Source: Pseudomonadota bacterium (GTDB lineage: Bacteria > Desulfobacterota > Desulfobacteria > Desulfobacterales > JBDRRP01). From it: a stretch of 64,000 nucleotides of DNA. The notes below the pieces were generated by a model. The model was not told where the DNA came from and made no database searches. It worked only from the letters and a program-made list of their open reading frames with translations. Within the stretch, counting starts at the first letter, position 1. Every line of letters starts with the position of its first letter. The position numbers were made by a program, and so were the translations under genes. Positions 20,650-30,948 of this stretch are shown here, one piece after another. The stretch covers positions 1 to 64,000 of the forward strand of contig JBDRRP010000107.1 of the NCBI GenBank assembly GCA_043825735.1, written 5' to 3'.

Positions 20650-22307
20650 CGCGATACGCAAAGCTCAGACAGGACATCATTCTGGTCACCCTCATCGTGG
20701 CGGTTATGCCGCTCATCTTTCTGGGGGGTCTGATCTACTATCAGTTCGCCGCGGTGCTCGATGAAAAAATAGAGACGCAACTCGGGGCGCTCGCCCGCTC
20801 CCAGAGCAGCGCAGTGGAAGTATTCTTGAGGGAGCGCACGGCCATTTTGTCCACCATCGTCGGCACCAACTCCTTTGAGCATCTCTCCCGCAATGAGACG
20901 CTGGGGGCCATTTTCAAGGCCATCAACCGGCGCACCGACGGTCTGGGCCTGGTGGATCTCGGGCTCATCGACAACGACGGGCGGCACCTGGCCTACGTCG
21001 GCCCCTACGATCTCAAGCACGTCAACTACGCCGGCCAGCCGTGGTTCGAGGAGGCCATGAGCAAGGGCAGCTACGTCAGCGACGTGTTCATGGGGTTTCG
21101 CCAGATCCCCCACTTCATCATCTCGGTGCGCGGATACGACGGCCAGAAGGGGTTTATCCTCAGGGCCACCATCGATTCGGACGTTTTCAATCACCTGGTG
21201 CAGACCGTTCAGACCGGGCAGGGGGGGGATGCCTACATCATCAACACCGAGGGCATCTATCAGACCCGCCCCCGGTTCAACGGAGAGGTGCTGGGCGCGG
21301 CGCCGCTCGATGTCGGTCAGTTCGACCGCAACATGGTCGGTGTCGTCCGCCTGACCGACGGGGCGCGAACCCGCTACATGGCCGGTGCATGGATGAAGGA
21401 CCGCCAATGGTTGATGGTGGTGGTCCAGACCGCGGGTGACGAGTACTCCGGCTTTATCAGCATGCGCAACATCGAAATTCTGGTCATTGCCGCCGGCTGT
21501 TTGGGCATCATCCTGATTTCGGTGTTTGCCACCCATGTCAGCGTCCGGCGGCTGGAGGCGGCCGACCGGGAAGTGGCCGCCCTCAATGCTCAGCTCATGC
21601 AAAGCGACAAGCTGGCAGCTCTGGGGAAGATGGCCGCCGGCATCGCCCACGAGGTGAACAACCCACTGGCCGTCATCGGAGAAAAGGCCGGCTGGATGCG
21701 CGATCTGCTGGAAGATGAAGTCTTTCAGTCCAGTGACAGTCTCAAAGAGTACCGGGCCTCCGTGGATAAGATCGAGGAACACGTGGAGCGCGCCCGAAAA
21801 ATCACCCACGGCATGCTCGGCTTCGCCCGGCGGATGGAGCCGCGCTGCGACGACGTGGATGTCGGCGAGGTGCTCAGGCAGACCATCGATCTGATGCAAA
21901 ACCACGCGCGTATCAACAACATTACCATTACGACAGACGTCAGCGCCGATCTGCCGGTCATCGCCAGCGACCAGTCTCAGCTCCAGCAGGTGCTGCTCAA
22001 CCTGCTCACCAATGCCATTGACGCCATCGGCAGCAATGGTAGCATTCACGTGACGGCTGAGCGGGATGGCGCTTTCATTGCCCTGCATGTGAGAGACACC
22101 GGGGCCGGGATCCCGGAGCATATGCAGCGAAAGATCTTCGACCCCTTCTATACCACCAAGGAAACCGGCAAGGGTACCGGGCTCGGCCTGTCGGTGAGCC
22201 ACAGCATCGTGGAAAAAATGGGCGGCACCATTTCCTTTGTCAGCGCCCTCGGGGAGGGAACCACATTTACCGTGCGTCTTCCCATTATCGAACCGGAGAA
22301 AAAATGA
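20646..22307 (+). CDS. Cache-domain sensor histidine kinase (NtrB-like)
   Basis: Two TMs, AGIAHEVNNPL H-box, N/G1/F/G2 boxes (DTGAGI, FDPFYTTK, GTGLGL). Confidence 0.93.
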   Translation: MTRYAKLRQDIILVTLIVAVMPLIFLGGLIYYQFAAVLDEKIETQLGALARSQSSAVEVFLRERTAILSTIVGTNSFEHLSRNETLGAIFKAINRRTDGLGLVDLGLIDNDGRHLAYVGPYDLKHVNYAGQPWFEEAMSKGSYVSDVFMGFRQIPHFIISVRGYDGQKGFILRATIDSDVFNHLVQTVQTGQGGDAYIINTEGIYQTRPRFNGEVLGAAPLDVGQFDRNMVGVVRLTDGARTRYMAGAWMKDRQWLMVVVQTAGDEYSGFISMRNIEILVIAAGCLGIILISVFATHVSVRRLEAADREVAALNAQLMQSDKLAALGKMAAGIAHEVNNPLAVIGEKAGWMRDLLEDEVFQSSDSLKEYRASVDKIEEHVERARKITHGMLGFARRMEPRCDDVDVGEVLRQTIDLMQNHARINNITITTDVSADLPVIASDQSQLQQVLLNLLTNAIDAIGSNGSIHVTAERDGAFIALHVRDTGAGIPEHMQRKIFDPFYTTKETGKGTGLGLSVSHSIVEKMGGTISFVSALGEGTTFTVRLPIIEPEKK

Positions 22308-22756
22308 TGGCACCAGATAAACGCGTCTCAGTACTGGTCGTGGACGACGAGGTCGATTTCCTCGAGACCATCGTCAAACGGCTCGAAAAGCGGCATATTC
22401 ATGCCCGGGGCGTCGTCAGCGGTGAGGCGGCGCTCGCAGCCCTGAGGGAAGGGCCCTTCGACGTCGTGCTGCTCGACATCAAGATGCCCGGCGGTATGGA
22501 CGGGATCGTCACGCTCAGGGAGATGAAGCGGCTCCAGCCCATGGCGGAAGTGATCCTGCTCACCGGTCACGCCTCGGTGGAGACCAGCATCGAGGGCATG
22601 AAGCTGGGCGCCTTCGACTACCTGCTCAAGCCGATCCGGTTCGAAGAAGTCCTGGCGAAAATACAGGCGGCCGGCGTGAGAAAAAACGAACAGGGCCGCA
22701 AGATCCCGGCTGCGGGAAGACCCAGCGGTTCCACGGTATCCGGCAACGGCGCCTGA
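22304..22756 (+). CDS. Stand-alone response regulator receiver
   Basis: VVDDE, LDIKMPG, LTGH, LLKP; no output domain. Confidence 0.92.
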   Translation: MMAPDKRVSVLVVDDEVDFLETIVKRLEKRHIHARGVVSGEAALAALREGPFDVVLLDIKMPGGMDGIVTLREMKRLQPMAEVILLTGHASVETSIEGMKLGAFDYLLKPIRFEEVLAKIQAAGVRKNEQGRKIPAAGRPSGSTVSGNGA

Positions 22757-23083
22757 GACGCAAGTGAACCCCACTGTTGAAGGATCAACGGTGGAATCCC
22801 GATTTCGATTCTGCTTGATTTCTTCATGCGATTGCCCTGAAGGCGCCCCCCCCTTTTTTGTTAGACCCCCCCTGAGTTCAATCCAATAGCGCCATTTGCC
22901 TCTGTGGCGACGATTGTGCCCTTTATCGGACGTCGCCCCATTAAGAATCCTGTTGAGCGGGGTTTTGACTTCAGATAGAGTCGGATCGCCCCGCCCCCAA
23001 ATGCCGCCGTCCCCAGTGACGCAAAAGTGGCGGCAGCAGCTTTTCAGGCACATGTACCGGAACGTCTGCAAAGGAGGTATCTG

Positions 23084-24931
23084 ATGAAAACCATGTTGGT
23101 TCTCGGCCGGTCACTGAGACCGGAAGCCATGGTCGATATGGTGACGAATATGGTGAAATCCGCCGCCGGGACCCTTTCCGTATTGTGCTGTTTCGAAGGG
23201 CATCCCATTCAGTCTGCGGCCCCGGTTACGGTTGAACAGGTCATCAGCGGTCCGGGTCTGCTGCGGACCGTGCGGACGCTGCTGGACCGCATCGGGGCAG
23301 GTGGCGTCGAATTGCTTTCGCTGCGAAGTCCCGATCGGGTGGCGGCGGTCCTGGAGGCGATTGCCGGCCGGACGGTGGATCTTGTCGTGTTGGAACACGA
23401 CGGCCGTGCGCCTGCAGACGTCGCACCGGACGCTGAACTGGTGGACCGGCTCTTCCGGTTTGCCCCCTGCGATGCGCTGCTTTTGGACCCGGCCGCCGGG
23501 CACGGGCATGGCATCCAGCGGGTACTGGTGCCCATGGACACATCACTGGTTGCCAGCGCCCTGGCGTTTGCCGTGAAAATATCGGAAAAGCCGGTGCCCG
23601 TCGTTCCGCTGCTGGTGGGACACGAGTTCGGGGCCGACTCCCGGGTGATCGCCAGAAAGGAGCTCGAGCAAAAGCTGCGCGGGGTGGGTATACCCGTCTC
23701 GGACCGGTTTGTCCCCGATGTCATGGTCGCGAAAAAACCCCTTGAAGGGCTGGTGCGTGCGGTGCGCGGCGGCGACCTCATGTTGATTCCCGCATCCAGT
23801 GACCAGGTGCTGAGAAAATTCCGCACGGCCCAGTCGGTGATCACCGCCGAGCGGGAAAAGGACTGCTCGGTGGGTATTTTGAGGCCGCTGCGCGAGGATG
23901 GCTTCAGGACGCTGTTTCCACGGCTCATGACCCATGTGCCCAGGCTGAATGCCCCCGAACGCGTCCGCGTTTTCGACCAATTGCTTCAGGGGGCCCGGTT
24001 CAACCCGGATTTTCTGATGATGATGGGGATGGCCACGGCCATTGCCGCCCTGGGGCTCTTGCAGGATTCCGGGGCCGTGGTCATCGGCGCCATGCTGGTG
24101 GCGCCCCTGATGAGCCCGCTCATCGGTGCCGGCTATGCGCTCATCCAGGGCAATATCCGCCTGTTCCAGGAATCCCTGAAGTCCCTTGCCTATGGGATTG
24201 CTTTCGGCCTCGGCCTGTCCATCATCATCGGTCTGGCCAGCCCGGCCGGAGATCTCACCCGGGAGATCATGGCGCGCACCACGCCCGGCGCCTATGACTT
24301 GCTGGTCGCCTACTTTTCAGGGCTTGCCGCCGCTTATGCGTTTGCCAGGCCGGGGCTGGCCGGCACGCTCGCCGGAGTCGCCATTGCCGCCGCGCTGGTT
24401 CCGCCTCTGGCCACGGTGGGCATCGGCATCAGCCGCGGGTTCTGGGGCGTGGCCGGTGGTGCGGCCGTCCTTCACCTGACCAACCTGGTGGCCATCACCC
24501 TTGGGGCGGCCTCGGCGTTTCGTTTGCTGGGCGTTAAGGGCGTTCGACTGGGGATCGGCCCGGCCCTGTGGGCGCGCCGGGTCATTTTGATCCTGGCGTT
24601 GTTTGCCGTCACGCTCAGTGTGCCGCTGGGGATGCAGTCTGCCAAGGCGGTACACGAAGGACAGAACCGGCCGATGGCCTATCCGTTGTCCAGCGTCCTG
24701 TATTCGGCCCTGAAAGACCGCATTGATCAGGAACTGGGGGTGGATATCATCATGGCGGGCCGATCGTCCTTCACCGAGAAAGGTATCAGTATCGCCATGC
24801 TGCTGGATTCCGATGGACCGATTTCGGCCACGCTGAAAATGGATCTTCAGCAGATCGTCAAGGAGAGCGTCGGCGCTGAAGCCACTGTCCGCGTCTACGT
24901 GCTTCAGAAGGCGGCTATCAAGATGGATTGA
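23084..24931 (+). CDS. DUF389 (TIGR00341-like) membrane protein with N-terminal USP-like domains
   Basis: GLLQDSGAVVIGAMLVAPLMSP and GVAIAAALVPPL; N-terminal FAPCDALLL / RVLVP USP-like motifs; AAGGAGG RBS. Confidence 0.85.
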   Translation: MKTMLVLGRSLRPEAMVDMVTNMVKSAAGTLSVLCCFEGHPIQSAAPVTVEQVISGPGLLRTVRTLLDRIGAGGVELLSLRSPDRVAAVLEAIAGRTVDLVVLEHDGRAPADVAPDAELVDRLFRFAPCDALLLDPAAGHGHGIQRVLVPMDTSLVASALAFAVKISEKPVPVVPLLVGHEFGADSRVIARKELEQKLRGVGIPVSDRFVPDVMVAKKPLEGLVRAVRGGDLMLIPASSDQVLRKFRTAQSVITAEREKDCSVGILRPLREDGFRTLFPRLMTHVPRLNAPERVRVFDQLLQGARFNPDFLMMMGMATAIAALGLLQDSGAVVIGAMLVAPLMSPLIGAGYALIQGNIRLFQESLKSLAYGIAFGLGLSIIIGLASPAGDLTREIMARTTPGAYDLLVAYFSGLAAAYAFARPGLAGTLAGVAIAAALVPPLATVGIGISRGFWGVAGGAAVLHLTNLVAITLGAASAFRLLGVKGVRLGIGPALWARRVILILALFAVTLSVPLGMQSAKAVHEGQNRPMAYPLSSVLYSALKDRIDQELGVDIIMAGRSSFTEKGISIAMLLDSDGPISATLKMDLQQIVKESVGAEATVRVYVLQKAAIKMD

Positions 24932-25031
24932 AGCGTGGGCCGTTTCCGGATCCCGGTGAGCCGCTTTGCAGCGCTCTGCGCCCGGGTGCCGCATTACTGC
25001 CCCATTGCACCTGGGTGCTGCGTTTCTGATC

Positions 25032-26825
25032 TCACGTCCGGCCCTCGGAGCTGGGAGCATTCAGGCATTCTCTGAAAATGCGGCTGGTGCAGTCGCGGCA
25101 GATATCCATGTCGAGCCGGGCGAAAATCTTGGCGATGGCGTCATATTCCGTGGAAAAGATGTGGTCCGTGCCGATTTCGGGCACAAAACCGCCGTGGTCC
25201 AGGAAATGGGTGACGTCGCGGTTGAGGCGGCACATGTAGAGCGTCCGTTGCATTTTTTTGCGCCGATGCGCTTCCTGGGTGAGCATCATGGCACCGGTGA
25301 CGTCGACGAAGTTGATGCCGTGGCCGACGATGAGCAGGTGCTTGGGGACGTCGGTGTCGAGCTCTTCCACGATTTCAGACACGTGGTTGGCGGCGCCGAA
25401 AAACAGCGGTCCGTTGATGTGGATGATTTTGAGCTGGGGGCACTCCAGCAGGTTTGTGCCGTCGATCTCTGTGAGCCGCCGCCGCGGGTCGGCCGGGTCA
25501 GGAGCCATGACGGTGACGTGGGGGTGGGAGGTCCGGGTCAGATAGATCGCCAACGACAGGAGCACCCCGGCGTAGATGGCGAAATCGATATCAAAGAGCA
25601 GTGTGCCGCTGAAGGTGGCCAGGAGAACAAGGGTGTCGGCCTTGCTGCTGATTACTATTTCCCTGATGTGCCGAACATCGATGAGCTTGAAGGCCACTAC
25701 CAGGATTACCCCGCCCATGGCCGGCAGGGGCAGCCACCGTGTCAACGGGGCGATCAGGACAACGATGGCGGCCAAAAACACGGCCGAGAAGATGCTGGCC
25801 ATGGGGGTTTGGGCTCCGGAATCGAAGTTGACGCCGGAGCGGGTGAACGACCCGGAGCCGGCGTACCCGGAAAAGAAGCTGCCGGCGATGTTGGAAAGCC
25901 CTTGGCCGATGAATTCCTGGTTGCCGTTGATGTGCTGGTTGCTCAGCACGCTGATGGACCGCGCGATGGAAAGCGCCTCCATGAGCCCCATGAGCGCGAT
26001 AGCCAGCGCGCCGGGGGCCAGCACGCGAATCGTGTCCATGGTAAAATCGGGAGAAGAGGGCGGGGGTAGCTTGCCCGGCAGGCTGCCCAGAAGCCGCACC
26101 CCGTGAGCCTCGCCGTTGACGGCAATGCTCACCAGGCTCCCGATGATCAGTGCTATCAAGAGGCCGGGCCACCGGGGGCGCCAGGTCTTTAGGGTCGCGG
26201 CGCACACCAGCGTGACCGCCGCCACGGTGAGTTCGTAGAGATTGGTCTGGCCGGCCGTTTTGAAAAGAATCACCCAGCTCGACAAAAAGGATGTCCCACC
26301 GGGGATCGGTATCCCTAAGGCGTGCTTGAGCTGGCCCGTGGCGATCAGGCAGGCGGCCCCGGCGGCGAATCCGACGATGACCGAATGGGAAACAAAGTTG
26401 ATCAGTGTGCCGAGTCTGGCAAGCCCGAAGACCAATTGGAAGATGCCGGCCAGAAACGTCAATGTCAGTGCCAGCCGGATGAAGTCGGCCGATCCGGGTT
26501 CCGCCAGGGGGCTCAAGGTCGCAAATAGCACGATGGAAATAGCCGTGGTGGGCCCCGAGACCAAGTGCATGGATGAGCCGAACAGCGCGGCGATAATCGG
26601 CGGTATGATTGCCGTGTAAAGACCGTATTCGGCGGGAAGCCCCGCGATCATGGCAAAGGACACGCCTTGAGGCAGCACGATAAAGGCCCCGGTGAGGCCG
26701 GCGAACAGATCGGCCCGCAGGGTGGTCCCGTCAATACGACGGCCCCATTGAAGAAAGGGGAAGAGCCTGACGCGCAGCGGAATCTTGCGCGTCGGGGCGG
26801 CTTTGTGTCGGTGCAGGGTGATCAT
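25032..26825 (-). CDS. SulP/SLC26 anion permease with STAS domain
   Basis: ADLFAGLTGAFIVLPQG, YGLY, NQEFIGQGLSN, GSFTRS; STAS GPLFFG...FVDVTG. Confidence 0.93.
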   Translation of the reverse strand: MITLHRHKAAPTRKIPLRVRLFPFLQWGRRIDGTTLRADLFAGLTGAFIVLPQGVSFAMIAGLPAEYGLYTAIIPPIIAALFGSSMHLVSGPTTAISIVLFATLSPLAEPGSADFIRLALTLTFLAGIFQLVFGLARLGTLINFVSHSVIVGFAAGAACLIATGQLKHALGIPIPGGTSFLSSWVILFKTAGQTNLYELTVAAVTLVCAATLKTWRPRWPGLLIALIIGSLVSIAVNGEAHGVRLLGSLPGKLPPPSSPDFTMDTIRVLAPGALAIALMGLMEALSIARSISVLSNQHINGNQEFIGQGLSNIAGSFFSGYAGSGSFTRSGVNFDSGAQTPMASIFSAVFLAAIVVLIAPLTRWLPLPAMGGVILVVAFKLIDVRHIREIVISSKADTLVLLATFSGTLLFDIDFAIYAGVLLSLAIYLTRTSHPHVTVMAPDPADPRRRLTEIDGTNLLECPQLKIIHINGPLFFGAANHVSEIVEELDTDVPKHLLIVGHGINFVDVTGAMMLTQEAHRRKKMQRTLYMCRLNRDVTHFLDHGGFVPEIGTDHIFSTEYDAIAKIFARLDMDICRDCTSRIFRECLNAPSSEGRT

Positions 26826-26845
26826 TGACGGTTTTCGCGTTCCTT

Positions 26846-26971
26846 CGTAAAAAGTCAGAAATCACCACAGGGGACACAGCGAGCACAGAGATAAATTGCT
26901 GATTATTCGTATATTCTCTGCGGTTCTCTGCGGCCTCTGTGGTTCAAAATCACGTTTTACGGTTTTATCAA
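26846..26971. repeat. Family A palindromic repeat
   Basis: CGTAAAAAGTCAGAAATCACCACAG...CTCTGTGGTTCAAAATCACGTTTTACG. Confidence 0.85.
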
Positions 26972-27291
26972 TATTGGGCGATCACATTGCCAATTTCATG
27001 GATACCAGACTGCACCGGTCAAGACAAGCTCAGGCCAGTGACGCAAATACCTGAGCGAGTTGACGGCACAGCGGTGTTATGGGCGCGCCTCCGATTCGGC
27101 CGCTCTCGGCTACGCCACGGCTGCCCTCTTGCCGATCAGTGCTTGTGCGGGCATGCGCAAATATGACCGTGACGCTGGCGGGCTCTTGTAATACTGCTTC
27201 ACTAACGTCAATATGCATGTATATCCGCGGAGATGCTGCCAATGTACCAGCGAAGACGCAGAAGCGATGAGGGGATAGACATCGTACCCTA

Positions 27292-27711
27292 TCAGGATTT
27301 TGTCAGATCGCTGTGGCAGGGCGAATGGACCGGCAGCGACGGTTGATTCGTGAGGGTCTGGACGAGCTGGAGGAGGCGGGGAATGCTGTTTCCCGACTTT
27401 TCGACGTATCGACCGGCGCCGGGCGTTGCCGCGCCGGCTTCAGACGGGGGCTCACCGAAGGCGTGAATGATGACGGGCAACTCCGGGTGCAGGGCGGCGA
27501 TATGGCCCAGCAGTTCCTTGGGCTGGCAGTCCGGCAACTCAGGGTCGATCACCAGCAGATCGGCCCATTGGCCGGGGCCGGTCCACTGGAAAATTTCCCT
27601 GCAGGTGCTGGCCGTACGGGCCTGGAAGCCGGCCCCTCGGAGTTCCCGGCTGATGAGCTGGCGCACGTGCGGGTTTTTGTCGGCGATGAGTATGTTCCTG
27701 ATGGGAGCCAC
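27292..27711 (-). CDS. Atypical stand-alone receiver domain protein
   Basis: ILIADKN, DLLVIDP, PVIIH, YVEKS; acidic pocket is degenerate. Confidence 0.75.
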   Translation of the reverse strand: MAPIRNILIADKNPHVRQLISRELRGAGFQARTASTCREIFQWTGPGQWADLLVIDPELPDCQPKELLGHIAALHPELPVIIHAFGEPPSEAGAATPGAGRYVEKSGNSIPRLLQLVQTLTNQPSLPVHSPCHSDLTKS

Positions 27712-27744
27712 GGTTTCCTCACTGCTAAGTGTCAGGCGGTCGTT

Positions 27745-30426
27745 CTATTCAGTGTCCATTTTTTTCAGATCGAGAAACAGTTCGTATTCTCCGCCGCTTT
27801 CTCCCCTTTTGATGGAGAATCCGAGTTTTCTTCCCAGAGCGAGCATCTGGGTGTTTTCGCTGAGCACCGTCCCCCATATTTTTTCGATACCATGGGCGGG
27901 GGCGATGGCGAGACACTGACGCAGCAGCTCTGCCCCGATACCCTGCCCCTGCCAGGGATCGCCCACCACCACTGAAAACTCAGCCCGCCGTCGGTCCCGT
28001 TCGGTGATGACACGGCCCACCCCCATGAGGGTGTTCTCGTCGTTTTCGGCGATGGCCACCAGCGCGATCTCCCGGTCGTAGTCGATCTGAGTGAACCGGG
28101 CGAGCATCTTCGGACTCAGTCGTTTCATGGGGGAGAAAAACCGCATGTAGATGCTATGCGGACTCAAGGAGCTGAAATGCGCTTCCAGCAGCGGCGCGTC
28201 TTCGGGGCGGATGGGCCGGACGAAAATTTCCAGGCCGCCGCCGGTCACGGTATGGCGTTCCAAATTCCGCGGGTAGGGGCTGATGACCAGATGCAGCGGG
28301 GAGGCGATGGCCGATGGGGCGATGCGCACGCGGGCATCAACGGCCATGACGCCGCCGGGCGTCACCATGAGCGGGTTGATGTCGAGCTCCAGGATTTCGG
28401 GAAAGTCCGTTACCAGGTGGGCGAGCCGGATGAGCACCCCCTCGATCTTGGCCATGTCCGCCGGGGGAATGTTGCGATAGCCGGCGAGCAGCCTGGCGGC
28501 CCGGGTTTTTTCAATGAGCCGCCGGGCCAACACCCGGTTGAGCGGCGGCAGGCCGATGGCGCGGTCACCGAGGACTTCGGTGAGGATGCCGCCCAGGCCG
28601 AAGAGAATGACAGGACCGAAATCCCGGTCCCGGGTGGCGCCGGCGATCAGCTCGATACCGGTGGCGGCCACCATGGGCTGTAGGGTGACGCCGTGGACGA
28701 CAGCCTCCGGATGGCGATCTCGGACAGTGTTCGTGATGGCAAGAAAAGCATTTCGGGCATCCTCGGCCGATGACAGGCCCAGCCGCACGCCGCCGGCATC
28801 GCTTTTGTGGACGATGCCGGCGGCGTCGATTTTCATGGCGACCGGAAATCCCAGCCTCTCGGCCGCCGATACCGCGGCATCGGCATCGGCGGCGGTGATG
28901 GCGGCGGTTATCGGAATACCGTAGGCCGTTAACAGAGAACGGGCGTCGGATTCCGAAAGCCATGGCTGCTGTGTTTCAATGGCCGCGTTGATAAGGACCC
29001 GGGCCCGATCCCGGTCGAACTGAAGTCTGACCGGAAGGTTGGCGGGGATTTCCTGGAGTGCTTCGATGTTGCGTGAATATCGGTGAAGATCCATGAACGC
29101 CCGCACGGCCCGTTCCGGGGTGTCGTAAGTGGAGATGCCTGCCGCGTTGAGGATCTGGCGACCTTTTTCCACGCCTTTGCCACCCATCCAGGAGGCAAAC
29201 AACGGAATCCGGCGTTCTTTGGCGAGTACTGCCACGGCGGTGGCCACGTCGGCCGGTGCCGTTATCGCCTGGGGTGCGAGAATGATGAGGAGCCCATCGA
29301 TGTCGCCGGCCTGCATGCAGATGCGGGCCGCTTCGAGAAAACGCTCGGGGCTGGCGTCTCCGAGGATGTCCACCGGGTTTTTCCGGCTCCAGTGGGCGGG
29401 CAAAATCTGGTCCAGGCGGTCAATGGTTTCAGCCGGCAGGGGGGCCGGCGCTGCGTCATAGTCCGACAGGGCATCGGCGGCCATGACCCCCGGGCCGCCG
29501 GCATTGGTGATAATGGCCAGGCGCGCCCCCTGGGGTTTGGGCTGCTTGGCCAGAAAATCAGCGCAATCGAAGAGCTCTTCGAAGGTTCTCACCCGAACGA
29601 TGCCGGCCCGTTCGAAAGCCGCATCGTAAACGGCGTCTTCTCCGGTCATGGCGCCGGTGTGGGAGGCGGCGGCAGCGGCGCCGGCGGCGGTGCGCCCGGC
29701 CTTGAGTACGATGATGGGTTTGACTCGGGAGATGGCCCGGGCCGCACTCATGAAGGTGCGAAACCGTACCAGGTTTTCCACATACATGACGATGCTGCTG
29801 ACGTTAGGCTCGCCACCCAGATAATCGATCGTGTCGCCGAAATCCACATCCAGCATCGACCCGAGGCTGATGAAATGGCTGAAACCGATACTTTCATCGG
29901 CGGCGCGGTCCAGTATCGCGGTGCAGATGGCGCCGCTTTGAGAGATGAACGCGATCTTGCCGTTCATGGGTTTTTGCCGGGCGAAGCTGGCGTTCAAGCT
30001 GCTTTTTCCGGACATGATGCCCAGACAGTTGGGACCGATGATCCGTAGGCCGCTGTCGCCGACCGCCTGCCGGATCTCTTCCTCAATCTGGCGGCCCTTG
30101 GCGCCGGTCTCTTTGCCGCCGGCCGAAATGACCACCGCTCCGGCCACCCCTGAGGCCACGCACTGGCGGATGATTTGAGGCACGCTGTGAATCGGTGTCG
30201 CGATGACGGCAAGATCGATCGGGGCCATGATCGATGGCAGATCCGGAAAGCAGGGGAGCCCCCACACATCGGTGTGTTTGGTGTTGACCGGGTAGATGCG
30301 GCCGGTATAGCGGCCATGAATGATATTTTGCATGATGGCATTGCCGATGGAGGTTTCCTGCTGGCTGGCCCCGATGACGGCCACCGATGCCGGGTCGAAG
30401 ATCTTTTCCAGATTGTGTACGCCCAT
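27745..30426 (-). CDS. Acetate-CoA ligase (ADP-forming)-like / GNAT fusion (Pat/PatZ-type protein acetyltransferase)
   Basis: SVAVIGAS, RIIGPNCLG, SQSGA, SHTGA, HKSD, ELDINPL, then GNAT RPIRPED...WQGQGIG. Confidence 0.9.
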   Translation of the reverse strand: MGVHNLEKIFDPASVAVIGASQQETSIGNAIMQNIIHGRYTGRIYPVNTKHTDVWGLPCFPDLPSIMAPIDLAVIATPIHSVPQIIRQCVASGVAGAVVISAGGKETGAKGRQIEEEIRQAVGDSGLRIIGPNCLGIMSGKSSLNASFARQKPMNGKIAFISQSGAICTAILDRAADESIGFSHFISLGSMLDVDFGDTIDYLGGEPNVSSIVMYVENLVRFRTFMSAARAISRVKPIIVLKAGRTAAGAAAAASHTGAMTGEDAVYDAAFERAGIVRVRTFEELFDCADFLAKQPKPQGARLAIITNAGGPGVMAADALSDYDAAPAPLPAETIDRLDQILPAHWSRKNPVDILGDASPERFLEAARICMQAGDIDGLLIILAPQAITAPADVATAVAVLAKERRIPLFASWMGGKGVEKGRQILNAAGISTYDTPERAVRAFMDLHRYSRNIEALQEIPANLPVRLQFDRDRARVLINAAIETQQPWLSESDARSLLTAYGIPITAAITAADADAAVSAAERLGFPVAMKIDAAGIVHKSDAGGVRLGLSSAEDARNAFLAITNTVRDRHPEAVVHGVTLQPMVAATGIELIAGATRDRDFGPVILFGLGGILTEVLGDRAIGLPPLNRVLARRLIEKTRAARLLAGYRNIPPADMAKIEGVLIRLAHLVTDFPEILELDINPLMVTPGGVMAVDARVRIAPSAIASPLHLVISPYPRNLERHTVTGGGLEIFVRPIRPEDAPLLEAHFSSLSPHSIYMRFFSPMKRLSPKMLARFTQIDYDREIALVAIAENDENTLMGVGRVITERDRRRAEFSVVVGDPWQGQGIGAELLRQCLAIAPAHGIEKIWGTVLSENTQMLALGRKLGFSIKRGESGGEYELFLDLKKMDTE

Positions 30427-30452
30427 GACAGGGTCCCCTTGTGCGGTGCTGA

Positions 30453-30905
30453 TCAAGCGATGGTGTTGGGATTGATGATGAACATGGGCACGGGGCACGC
30501 TTTGATGACCCGCTCGGCCACGGAGCCGAAAATCACCTTGTCCAGTCCTTTGCGGCCGTGGGTGCCCATGATCAATAGATCGATGGCGTTTTCCGCAATG
30601 TAGGCACGGATGACTTCGGCGGCTTCTCCGAGGATCACGACGGCCTTCGTGTCTGGATAGGCCGAAAAGTGTTCCGACTTGAATTCATCGATGCGTCGGG
30701 TGGCGCCCTTGACGATTTCTTCTTCGAAAAGATTGATGGACGGGTGCGGGACGTAAATGCTCTGGAAGTACTCGAACACCCGTGCGGCAAACAGCAGGTG
30801 GACGGCGGCGCCGAATTGCGTTGCCATCGTCTGGACAAAAGGCACGATTTTTTCAGACGAAGGGGAAAGGTCTACCGGAAAGAGTATTTTCTTGAATGTC
30901 TTCAT
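30453..30905 (-). CDS. Universal stress protein
   Basis: KILFPVDLS; DLLIMGTHGRKG...GSVAERV. Confidence 0.95.
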   Translation of the reverse strand: MKTFKKILFPVDLSPSSEKIVPFVQTMATQFGAAVHLLFAARVFEYFQSIYVPHPSINLFEEEIVKGATRRIDEFKSEHFSAYPDTKAVVILGEAAEVIRAYIAENAIDLLIMGTHGRKGLDKVIFGSVAERVIKACPVPMFIINPNTIA

Positions 30906-30948
30906 GACGGGCTCCTTGGTGAGTGGTGAAAAGTTAATTGCGGATTAT

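Noticed and set aside
26977..26992. Possible sigma54 promoter for sulP (TGGCAATGTGATCGCC)
   Set aside because: Spacing fits but the -12 element is poor and no enhancer motif is nearby.
27030..27242. 70-aa ORF between the receiver gene and sulP
   Set aside because: No clear RBS or motif; cannot be supported.
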